From contig JBKCNS010000022.1 in NCBI GenBank assembly GCA_046297095.1, positions 153,175 through 217,174 on the forward strand: a DNA stretch of 64,000 nucleotides, in the 5' to 3' direction. The stretch comes from Candidatus Kapaibacterium sp. GTDB lineage: Bacteria > Bacteroidota > Ignavibacteria > Kapaibacteriales > NICIL-2. Both the position numbers and the translations under genes were made by a program. Below, piece after piece: positions 1 through 9,406 of the stretch; positions within the stretch are counted from its first letter, which is position 1; every line of letters begins with the position of its first letter. A model generated the notes under the pieces. That model saw nothing but the letters and a program-made list of their open reading frames with translations, did no database searches and was not told where the DNA came from.

Positions 1-1263
1 ATCTTCGGCCCCTCAACTATTTGCAGTAACCAAACAATACAGCTCACCGCATCGGCGGGTCATGTTTCCTACACTTGGGTGTCCGGCGAGACTGTGCCGT
101 TTATCACCGTAACGGCACCTGGTAAGTTTAAAGTATTCGTTGTGGATACGAATGGCTGCCAGGGTGAGTCTGCCGAGTTCTCTGTGCGTACAATACCTGT
201 GAAGGGATCGGCGGCGGGCGATATTGATGTGCCCGGCCGCGAGATACTTTTCCAATATCCCGACTCGCGAGTAGAGTATACGAACGAAACAGAAGTGGAT
301 ATTGTTCTTGATACCATTGCGCTGCGTACAGCTAATCGCGACCTGTTTATCGCCTCGGTAACAGTGAACGGAACGAAACGATCACCGGACAGTGTGCGTG
401 GATTGAGCGTAAAGCCACAGCAAAAAATTCTCTTCGATTTGAAGTTCGATCCTACGTATATCGACACCAACGACTATCGCATTACCGTTGCTGTTACGAA
501 GCCGTGTCCGGATACCTTTGCCATACTCGGTAGTGTTCGTTCTTACGATAAAACTATACGCGGTGCGGTGAGCATAGAGAACACTACTGCTCGTCCGAAC
601 CAGATAGTGTACATTCCTATACAGATGCAGTTCGATTCAGAGCTGGATTCCATTGAGGATGCAACGTTGACCTTCAGCATGACACTCAATGGCCATCTTG
701 TGAGCGTGCTTGACGATACAAAGAGAGCTATTCGAAAAATCGAAGACATCGGCAACGGAATGCGTCGCATTAGCTTCGAGTTTGAACATCTTACCGTGAA
801 GTACGATAAACCTTTTAAGCTGACCAGTCTTCGTGTTCTTACACTAGCTTCTATGCTCTTGCAAGACACGATGTCGGTGGATCGCGGATCGGTGGTATGG
901 ACTCAAGGTGCGGTGTTGCTGAAAAAGCCTATAGTGCGCTTGCGCGATGGTATACTCACGGTTTCGTCGTTTTGTTTTCCCTTCGAGTTCGAGCTTGATC
1001 CATTGAGTTTGACGTCGTTTACGGTTACGCCTACGCCTGCCCGGGATTTTGTGGAGCTTTCCGTGGAATGCGGAACCTCGCAGACGGTAGTTATGGAAAT
1101 GTTTTCGTTGGATGGCCGCATGCGCATGCAACAGGATATGCACCTTGGTGCCGGCAAGAACAATCGCCGCATTTCATTGAACGGTTTTGAGAACGGGCAG
1201 TACATCTTGGTTGTTCGTTCCTTCGATCGCAGCGAGTCCAAACGATTTGTTATTGAGAAGTAG
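1..1263 (+). CDS. Secreted cell-surface protein with a T9SS C-terminal sorting domain, 5'-truncated by the window edge
   Basis: The reading frame is open from nt 1, so the listed 79..1263 ORF is an internal GTG. The protein ends ...NGFENGQYILVVRSFDRSESKRFVIEK, a Por_Secre_tail-like T9SS C-terminal domain (CTD), preceded by Ig/PKD-like beta-rich sequence. Confidence 0.8.
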   Translation: MFGPSTICSNQTIQLTASAGHVSYTWVSGETVPFITVTAPGKFKVFVVDTNGCQGESAEFSVRTIPVKGSAAGDIDVPGREILFQYPDSRVEYTNETEVDIVLDTIALRTANRDLFIASVTVNGTKRSPDSVRGLSVKPQQKILFDLKFDPTYIDTNDYRITVAVTKPCPDTFAILGSVRSYDKTIRGAVSIENTTARPNQIVYIPIQMQFDSELDSIEDATLTFSMTLNGHLVSVLDDTKRAIRKIEDIGNGMRRISFEFEHLTVKYDKPFKLTSLRVLTLASMLLQDTMSVDRGSVVWTQGAVLLKKPIVRLRDGILTVSSFCFPFEFELDPLSLTSFTVTPTPARDFVELSVECGTSQTVVMEMFSLDGRMRMQQDMHLGAGKNNRRISLNGFENGQYILVVRSFDRSESKRFVIEK

Positions 1264-1401
1264 CGCCTAACGGTCGCTAGCCATGTACGCACCTGTTTCG
1301 GTTGCTGCCTCTGAGTTCACGCCCATCCTCTATATTTGCGATTGCCACGATCGTGCATGCTTAATCTTTGCGCGACAGGCGTTCATCGCTATTGGAGAGA
1401 G

Positions 1402-3565
1402 TATGCGGTTAGTCATCAGACTTCTATTTTTCCTTGTTGTTCCTCTGTGTGGTATTGCTCAAGACACAGCTGCCCTGAAGGTTACACCAAAGGAGAAAAC
1501 TCCATGGTTGTACGTGGGTGGATACCTGGACTACAACCGTAATGTCTTCAAGGCCAACTTTCCGTACTTCCCCAATCAAGTCAGTTGCAATCAATCCTAT
1601 AAAAACGGAACCGGCCACGGTGTTGCCATCGGTCTTCTTGCCGACTACCCGTTTACACCCGTCTTTTCTGCCGGTGCTCGTCTTGGGTACGCAACATTAG
1701 GCGGAACTCTCACCACGAATTCTATTATTGGTTACAGCGCATCCGTAGGGTCGAATCAACAAACGCCCGATCAGGTTGAAACTCAATACGCATTAGAAGC
1801 CAGTATCGGCGCGCTTAGCTTCGAGCCCATGATGAACATGACCTTGTTCGGTAAGGTCCGGGTAAGTGCAGGCTTAAGAGCAGCTTTTTTACTAAGCTCT
1901 ACCTATTCGGAGAGTGAACGACTCATACGCCCCGATTACGCCTTCTTTCTGCCCGACTCTACAAGAGTTCGTTCGGAACGAAGCGGCTTGATTCCTAATG
2001 TTCAGGCTCTTCAAACTGCTGCTACCGGCAGCGTTGCGGTAGATATACCTGTTTCCTCGAAGATCATTATTGCGCCGGAGATTCGCTATCAGCTTGCGCT
2101 CAATGCGTTGTCTGATGTTGATTGGTCGGTATCTACTATTCAATTCGGCATCGGTGTGCGGTCGCCTTTGTATAGCTCGCCACCGCCGGTGTATAATCGA
2201 GATACCATGCTGGTGAGAGACACAACGGTAATCGCTCGCGTGGACGCTTCGCAACAGAAGTGTACTTTGATCGAAACGTCCATTACCAAGAAAGAGCAAC
2301 AGTCAAGAGTAGACGACCAGTTGTTTGTGAACGAACTCTATACGGTAACAGAGAAATACTCACTGGTGGTGCCGCGCCTTGCGCAGCTGAATGTAAATGT
2401 GGAAGCCTATACTCTTGCTCCAAATGGTGAGCGGGCACAGCTGAAAGAGTTTGTCGTGGAGGAAACAGAGATCGAGGAAAACTATTCCTTGCTGCCGCAG
2501 ATTTTCTTTCCGGAGGGGGAGGCAAGACTTCAACGAACCGGGATGTCGTTGATCGACAAAAGCCGAACCGAAGGCTTTTCGGAATCTACTCTTTCGAAGA
2601 ATACCATCGAGGTGTATCACGACCTTTTGAATATCATTGGTCAACGCATGCGAGAGAATTCTGCGGAGACCATTACGCTGGTAGGATGCAATAGTAACGT
2701 GGGGGATGAACGCAACAATCTTGATTTGTCAAAGGCTCGTGCGGAAGGAGTGCGAAGATATTTGCAAGAGGTATGGGGTATTGATGCCTCACGCATAAAC
2801 ATCAAGGCCATGAACTTGCCGGCGTCGCCGTCGAATAATATGAGTGAAGATGGTCAAGCAGAGAATAGACGTGTGGAAATTGTCCCCGCTAATCCCTCGT
2901 TGCTCCGAGCTGTTGCAATCAAGAATGCTACGGTACGTTCGTCACCGCGCGTTATTGATGTTGTGCCCTCAGTGTATAGCGAAGCCGGGCTTGCGTCGTG
3001 GTCTGCCAGGATCACCCAAGAGGGAAGAGAGTTACGATCGTTCTCCGGCGAGTCCACTCCCGAAAAGTATGTGTGGAACGTGACCGGTGATCCGTATCCG
3101 AAGTTAGAAAAGCCGGTAACAATCAGTTATGAAGCGGTAGATCGTACGGGCCAGCGCAAATCGAATGCGGTGTCTGTGGATGTAAAGCAGATGTCGATTC
3201 GCCGCAAGCGTTTTGAGCAGAAAGATGACAAGCGTATCGATCGATTTTCACTCATAGTGTTCGATTTCAACAAGGCCGACTTAAACGCAGACAACAAAAG
3301 GATTCTTGAGGAAGTGCAATCGCGCATCGAGCCAAACTCGGTGGTAACCATTGCCGGCTATGCAGACAAGTCCGGCGATGCGGAGTACAACCGCGATCTG
3401 GCGCGACGCCGATGCATGGAGGTTGAAAAGGTGATAGCGGTAAAATCCGTGAAGCCGTTGATCAGCCCTATCGGCAGCGACATCTTGTTGTACGACAACT
3501 CTACGCCGGAGGGACGAGCATATTGCCGCACGGTGCAGATTGTCATCGAAACGCCCATCAAATAG
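1402..3565 (+). CDS. OmpA-family outer membrane protein: N-terminal predicted beta-barrel plus two C-terminal OmpA-like peptidoglycan-binding domains
   Basis: Signal peptide MRLVIRLLFFLVVPLCGIAQ starts at the internal ATG at 1402; the ORF opens at 1283. Two OmpA-like segments are present: ...ITLVGCNSNVGDERNNLDLSKARAEGVRRYL...AENRRVEIV and ...TIAGYADKSGDAEYNRDLARRRCMEVEKV... Confidence 0.8.
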
Positions 3566-3713
3566 GCCTTTTTGGGGGAATTTTAGGCTTGGTGTACTGA
3601 GGGTGAAAAAATCTTTGCCATTTCTTTTTGGACTGCTATATTTCCGTCAGGGGGCGGGACAATTCTTTAGAAGACAAGCTTATCTATTCATTCACTTATT
3701 CTACGGGTGATCC

Positions 3714-6700
3714 ATGCATTCTTTTCTACACGGTGTACATCGGCGTTTAAGCCTTGTTGTTGCCGCGGTTCTGTTGGCATTTGCCGCGCAGTCCGGTCAG
3801 TCTTTGTATGCTCAGTGCCAGTGCGCCTGGCAATATGGGGCGATGGGCATAACGAATTTTACTCTTACCCAGGCCGGCTCGCCTGTTATCAACCGTTCAT
3901 CGGGTTGTGATATCAACACGGCCGGTGGCGTTGCCACACCTAACGGTGTTTGGCAGACCGGTGTAACGGGTAACGTTCAGCTCGGTAAAGTGTATAATTT
4001 TTCGATTTCCGGCTTGTCATGGCCGACGAGTGGTACAACCAATTCGTACAGCTTCTGCTATGCTATCTGGATCGACTTGAACGGCAACGGTAACTTCGAG
4101 ACCAACGCCGGCGAGCGTGTTGCTGTAAATAGTGCTGGTCAGTACTTCTATCCTACGGCGACAGGTTCCTTTACCCTCCCGTGTTCGGCTGCATCCGGTC
4201 AGCTGAAAATGCGTGTTATGGGTCTGTACTATTATGATTACAACACCGGTGCACTTGGATTCCAGGCAAATGATCCTTGTGGCAACTACTTCTACGGCGA
4301 AGCAGAAGATTATACCCTCAACGTACTTGGCGACATGGGCGTAACCTTCCCGAATCAGACATCACCGAATAACATTCTTGTTCCCGGAAGTATCTACTCC
4401 GGTACCAACGGTGGTTATGTGAATGTTACGACAGTTGCGGGTCAGTCGGCATACGTTACCTATCGTATTGTTGGTCCTCTTCCTTCAACCAATGCCGTAT
4501 ACACAGCGCTGAATCCTGCTAACCCCAATGACACGACCGTGCCTTGCACAGGAACCGGCAACTACAATCAGTTCTTCTCCAGCGCAAAGGGTCCGTACGC
4601 CGGAGCCGGCGGAGCTATTGACCTGACCGGTTCAAACGTTGTTCCCGGCGCATATCGCTTGGAGGCATCATTTGTAAAATCAAGCGGGTGCTCATCCTTT
4701 GTAGCGCAAAACTTCTACATTCCTCTCCCGTGGGATATTAGTGTTTCCAAGATTATTGCTCCGGCCACGAATGCAGCACCTCAATACTACAAGTATCCCC
4801 GTGGCGTGCCTATCGCAATTTCTTGCCGTGTGCAGAACGTAGGTCAGAACACGGTGAATGCACTTCGCATCATCGACGAGATTCGTGACCAGAACGGAAC
4901 TATAATCCGTACCGATACGTTGACATACAACAACGCTGTTGGATTGTCTACAGGTCAAGAAGTAGGATCGGATGCTGTTAATGGCGGCTTCCCGAACTTC
5001 ACAACCACAACCACAGGTGTTTATTGCGTTACCTTCCGCACGGAATTGATCGGAGTAACCGATCAGCAGTTGTCGAATAACGTTCAGCCCAGCTCAGGTT
5101 GCCATACCTTCGAAGTGCAATACGATATCGAACTTTCGGCCGAGGCTTTCCTCAACCCAACAAGTTCATCGTCGATGTTCGTAGGTCGTCCGTTACGTCC
5201 GGCTATCCGCATTCGCAACAATGGTCTTGCTGATGCATCCGATATCCCCGCGACCTTGGTGATCAAGAAAGACGGCCAGACGGTATATACACAGTCCATT
5301 ACCATTCCTGATTGTTCACGAGGCTTGACCACCGGTGCAACATTCCCGTTCTGGACACCGAATGCCGTTGGTGCATATCAACTCTGCTTCTACACCTCAC
5401 TTACAGAGGATGCTATCAAGACCAACGATACCTTGTGTATCAATGTAAATGTTGGCGACGCTCTTAACGGTACATATACCATTGGTACGTTGAATCAAGG
5501 CCAAGCCCGCAACTTCACAACCATTCAAGATGCTGTGAACGCTTTGTATGGCGCAGGACTCTCCGGTCCTACCATCTTTGAACTTACCGATGCCAGCTAT
5601 ACAGTTGGTAGTGGAGCTGCCGGATTCCCGGCGGTGGATATGACATCACGTGTTGCAGGCGCAAGCGCGTCGAACACGGTAACGTTCCGTCCTTCACTGC
5701 TTCAAAGTTTGACCCGTTCATCGATTTCCATTCGTCTTCGCTCCGGTAACGGAGTGGGCTTCTTGTTTGGTCAAAACTACTTCCCGACCAATGCTAACGC
5801 CATTCAAAACACACAGCCGTTGGCATCAAATGCCAACCCTGCAGGATATGTAGTGTTTGATGGTGGTTCTCAGAAGTCATTCCGCTTTATGTTGGACGTT
5901 GGTGCCGCTACGCCTACACAGTTGCCTCATCGCGCTGTATTCTATTTGGGTAACGGAACCTCGAATGTCACAGTAAAGAATTGCTTGATCGAGAACTTCC
6001 CGCAATCCACAGCCAGCTATGCTTCGTCGTTGCCGGTTGTTCGTTACTTGGCTCCGAACTTTACATTCGAAACCGATGTTCGTCAGTTGTCCAGCGGCCC
6101 CGACAGCTATGCTGCAGGTATCGTTGCGCGTTCCGTTGCTCCCAGCAACCAGGGTAACAACTCTCTTGGCTTGGATACGCTGACCAACAACTACAACCAG
6201 TTTGTTAATAACGAAATCAGCGGCTTCGGCTACGGTATCGTTTCGTTGGGTGTAGGTCCGTTGTTCTACAACGACATTGCTACCAACGGTAACCCTCGCT
6301 TCCAACGTTATTACAACAAGGGAACCGTGATCAGCGGTAACATTATCTCCAGCGTTCGCAGAGCCGGTATCTTCACCGGTTATGGTGAAAGCGAAACCAT
6401 CAGCAATAACCGCATTCTCAATGTAGGCCAAGGTGCTACCGGCATCACCGGTCAGGCTGCAGGTATTATGGTTGGCGGTGAAGCTCGCACAAACCAATTG
6501 TGTTACAATAGCATCAAGGCTACCATTACTCGCAACGAAGTTTCAAACATCTCTTCGGATGTTGCTGCTCAAGGTATTTACGTAGAGCAGACGTTGAACT
6601 CGTTTGTCAACCCTGCCGGCGGTAATGTTTCGTTCCCCAACGTGAACGAAGCTTCGGTTGTATCCGGCAACATGGTTTACGCTCTTGCTCGCACCACACA

Positions 6701-9212
6701 AAATGCAGTAACTGCAGGTATTCATTTGCTCACCACAAGAAGCTTAACAGCTACCGGTTTGAACAAACTGATTACTCCCCAGATTGCTGCGTACAATACG
6801 CGTGGCGACTCGGTGGTGAACAATACCGTTCTTGTTACCGGTGATGCCGTTTCTAATGGTAATAGCCTGGTAGGTATCGGAATCCAGCAAGCAACAAATG
6901 CTGTAATGATCAACAATGCCATTGCAGTAAGTGCAAGCGCAAGCAGTGTTAATACCGCTGCCGGAAACGTGTTGGCATGCTTGTTCTATCAAGGTACATC
7001 GCCGAAGGCTTCGTCGGGTGTTGCCGGATTGCTTCCTGCCGTTAGCGGTGGTTTGACATCCAATCGCAATGCGTTTTTTGCTCCGAACGCGGCTGTGGTC
7101 CGCTACATCGAAACCGATGCAAACAATTCTATTCTCACCTTGGGCTCGCAGAGCGACTACATGACCTTGGGTCAGTGGAAGGGCTGGACAGCTCAGGATA
7201 TCAATAGCGTTGTTGGAAACTTCGTTAATGATCACGTAGCAAGTACTTCATCTCCGTCACGTCTTCGCATCAGCACCAACCCCGTTCCTATTGGTTCCGT
7301 GCTTGATCGTCGCGGCGAGCGCATCGGTGCTAACATCTACGATCTTGACGGTCAACCTCGTGGTCTAAATGGTGCACGGTTCACCATTGGTGCTGATGAG
7401 TTCATTGGTCGCTTGTATGTAAATGATGTAGAAGCAATCGAGATCATCGATCCGGTATCATATCGTGCCGGCAGCGGCAACTTTGCCGATGCAGAGTACG
7501 TGATGACCAAGGCTCCTATCAATGTAACTGCTCGTATGCGTAATAATGGTTCCGCAAATCAGTCCGGTGTTACTATCGTAGCTGAGATTCGCGACCAAAA
7601 CAATGCAGTAGTGGCTACAAATTCCAAGCAGGTAACGATCGCATCCGGCGAGAGTGCTGACATCAACTTTGATTTCAACTACACGCCGATGACCTACTCG
7701 GATATGGGTCAAAGTGCCCCGGCTCCGTTCACGACTATGGGTCGTAACATCACACCGGTGTATACCATTAATGTGTCAACCCCTATTGATGAGAATGTCG
7801 CCAACAACGCAGCTGCGAAGCCTGTTCGTTTCTACCTGATGCGCTCACCGATCAGAATGATGAACAGCGTAGTGGGAACAACCATAGATCCTAACAACTC
7901 AGCTACTCCGTTCAACGATATCGTAGGTCGTCTCAATGCAGATACACTTGCTAAGGCACTTACCTATATCGGTATGACCGGTACAGCATACGATCTCTTC
8001 GATCGTAACGGCTGGGAACCGCGCGCTGTTAACTACGGCGGATGGCGCACATTGTTCTGGTCCGGCGATACTAACAGACTTACACGTCAGCAGCGTACAG
8101 ACCTCCGTATGTTCCTTGCCACCGGTACTGCATCTGACAAGCGCAATCTCATTGCTGCTTCTCAGGAAATCCTTGGTAAGCACATCGGTGTTGATGCTAC
8201 CAACGATGAGCAGTTCGTGCGTAACGTGTTCCGTGCTACCAATGCTACCACCGGTGCGTTGAAGGGCTCGGCCCCCACAGATCGCACCCCGCGTTCTGCC
8301 GGATACAATGGCAATTTGGTTCAAGGTTTGACCATTGCTCTCGGTGTACGTGAAGGAGTTGCCAGCACAACAAACATGTATGATGGTGCTCTTCCGCGTC
8401 CCAGCTTGATGCGCATCTACTCGGACAATCAAACAAACGGATTAGCTCGCGGCGCATACTACTATGTTACACGCGATGCAGGTGTTACCGACAGTTTGAT
8501 GGGCGTTGCCAACAACTCATTGAATTACAACGTTGTATTCTTGGGTGTTGATTGGCGCCACATGCCTCGTTCTGCAGTGAATAGCGGTAGCGAGCGTGTT
8601 CTTCGTGGTATCATTGAGTTCATTGAGCGTTCCAACGGTACAGTTGTACCTGTTGAACTTGTTAGCTTCAATGCACAACGTGCAGGTGCAAACGTGAACG
8701 TTGCATGGGAGACAGCAAGCGAGAAGAATTCGTCGCACTTTGATGTTGAGCGTGCAGCCGTAACTGCTAAGGGTATGGAAGCATACACCCTGGTTCAGTC
8801 GGTAGCCGCGCAAGGCACAAGCACAGTTTCTAAGGAATACTCGGTGCTCGATGCAAATGTGAGCACGGTGTCTGCATGGTCGTACCGCCTGAAAATGGTA
8901 GACCTGGATGGCACAAGCAAGTACTCTCAGGAAGTTCTTGTTGCTGGCGACGGCGCAAGCGACGCAGTGGTGGTTACACCGAACCCTGCAAATGATGTAA
9001 TGACCGTCGAGGTTCGCCTTGAGGGAACAGGTGCAGCAGAAGTTGCTTTGGTTGATGTTCAGGGCCGTACTGTTCAGACCATTGCACAGGGCGAAATGAG
9101 CGGCATGCAGCGCTTCACTGTGAATGTTGATTCGCTTGCATCAGGAACCTACTCTGTTGTTGTAAAGCAGCAGGGAACCGTTCGCGCTCAAACACTGCGC
9201 ATTATCAAGTAA
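3714..9212 (+). CDS. Giant (1832 aa) secreted adhesin-like T9SS cargo protein with a GEVED-like motif, CARDB-like domains and beta-helix-like repeats
   Basis: Signal peptide MHSFLHGVHRRLSLVVAAVLLAFAAQSGQSLYAQ. A YGEAEDY motif resembles the GEVED domain. Several CARDB-like segments occur, e.g. NVTARMRNNGSANQSGVTIVAEIRDQNNAVV. The long N/G/T-rich region is consistent with a parallel beta-helix. The C-terminus ...SGTYSVVVKQQGTVRAQTLRIIK is a T9SS CTD. Confidence 0.9.
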   Translation: MHSFLHGVHRRLSLVVAAVLLAFAAQSGQSLYAQCQCAWQYGAMGITNFTLTQAGSPVINRSSGCDINTAGGVATPNGVWQTGVTGNVQLGKVYNFSISGLSWPTSGTTNSYSFCYAIWIDLNGNGNFETNAGERVAVNSAGQYFYPTATGSFTLPCSAASGQLKMRVMGLYYYDYNTGALGFQANDPCGNYFYGEAEDYTLNVLGDMGVTFPNQTSPNNILVPGSIYSGTNGGYVNVTTVAGQSAYVTYRIVGPLPSTNAVYTALNPANPNDTTVPCTGTGNYNQFFSSAKGPYAGAGGAIDLTGSNVVPGAYRLEASFVKSSGCSSFVAQNFYIPLPWDISVSKIIAPATNAAPQYYKYPRGVPIAISCRVQNVGQNTVNALRIIDEIRDQNGTIIRTDTLTYNNAVGLSTGQEVGSDAVNGGFPNFTTTTTGVYCVTFRTELIGVTDQQLSNNVQPSSGCHTFEVQYDIELSAEAFLNPTSSSSMFVGRPLRPAIRIRNNGLADASDIPATLVIKKDGQTVYTQSITIPDCSRGLTTGATFPFWTPNAVGAYQLCFYTSLTEDAIKTNDTLCINVNVGDALNGTYTIGTLNQGQARNFTTIQDAVNALYGAGLSGPTIFELTDASYTVGSGAAGFPAVDMTSRVAGASASNTVTFRPSLLQSLTRSSISIRLRSGNGVGFLFGQNYFPTNANAIQNTQPLASNANPAGYVVFDGGSQKSFRFMLDVGAATPTQLPHRAVFYLGNGTSNVTVKNCLIENFPQSTASYASSLPVVRYLAPNFTFETDVRQLSSGPDSYAAGIVARSVAPSNQGNNSLGLDTLTNNYNQFVNNEISGFGYGIVSLGVGPLFYNDIATNGNPRFQRYYNKGTVISGNIISSVRRAGIFTGYGESETISNNRILNVGQGATGITGQAAGIMVGGEARTNQLCYNSIKATITRNEVSNISSDVAAQGIYVEQTLNSFVNPAGGNVSFPNVNEASVVSGNMVYALARTTQNAVTAGIHLLTTRSLTATGLNKLITPQIAAYNTRGDSVVNNTVLVTGDAVSNGNSLVGIGIQQATNAVMINNAIAVSASASSVNTAAGNVLACLFYQGTSPKASSGVAGLLPAVSGGLTSNRNAFFAPNAAVVRYIETDANNSILTLGSQSDYMTLGQWKGWTAQDINSVVGNFVNDHVASTSSPSRLRISTNPVPIGSVLDRRGERIGANIYDLDGQPRGLNGARFTIGADEFIGRLYVNDVEAIEIIDPVSYRAGSGNFADAEYVMTKAPINVTARMRNNGSANQSGVTIVAEIRDQNNAVVATNSKQVTIASGESADINFDFNYTPMTYSDMGQSAPAPFTTMGRNITPVYTINVSTPIDENVANNAAAKPVRFYLMRSPIRMMNSVVGTTIDPNNSATPFNDIVGRLNADTLAKALTYIGMTGTAYDLFDRNGWEPRAVNYGGWRTLFWSGDTNRLTRQQRTDLRMFLATGTASDKRNLIAASQEILGKHIGVDATNDEQFVRNVFRATNATTGALKGSAPTDRTPRSAGYNGNLVQGLTIALGVREGVASTTNMYDGALPRPSLMRIYSDNQTNGLARGAYYYVTRDAGVTDSLMGVANNSLNYNVVFLGVDWRHMPRSAVNSGSERVLRGIIEFIERSNGTVVPVELVSFNAQRAGANVNVAWETASEKNSSHFDVERAAVTAKGMEAYTLVQSVAAQGTSTVSKEYSVLDANVSTVSAWSYRLKMVDLDGTSKYSQEVLVAGDGASDAVVVTPNPANDVMTVEVRLEGTGAAEVALVDVQGRTVQTIAQGEMSGMQRFTVNVDSLASGTYSVVVKQQGTVRAQTLRIIK

Positions 9213-9259
9213 TTCCCATGGTACGCGAGTAGCGTTACCTTGATTGCACTATTGGCATG

Positions 9260-9297
9260 AAAAGCCGATTCCTTAACCGGAATCGGCTTTTCTTTTT
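9260..9297 (+). terminator. Rho-independent terminator after the 1832-aa gene
   Basis: Perfect hairpin AAAGCCGATTCC-TTAACC-GGAATCGGCTTT followed by TCTTTTTCC. Confidence 0.75.
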
Positions 9298-9406
9298 CCA
9301 TGCAAAGGTCGCAAGAGCTCCATGGTTGAAAAGTGCATCGATTCTCAACATTTCTGCATCGTAATTTTGACACACTTCGGAATTGACAGATCATCACCAC
9401 CTACAT

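Noticed and set aside
5877-8432. Long minus-strand ORFs (5877..6497, 6744..7235, 7899..8432) inside the 1832-aa gene; similar antisense ORFs inside the metalloprotease gene (24164..24805, 25214..25975), topA (34744..35334, 35356..36048) and ftsH (48895..49548)
   Set aside because: They lie antisense to long ORFs with clear domain signatures. Their translations are low-complexity or Cys/Arg-rich and typical of shadow ORFs in moderately GC-rich DNA.
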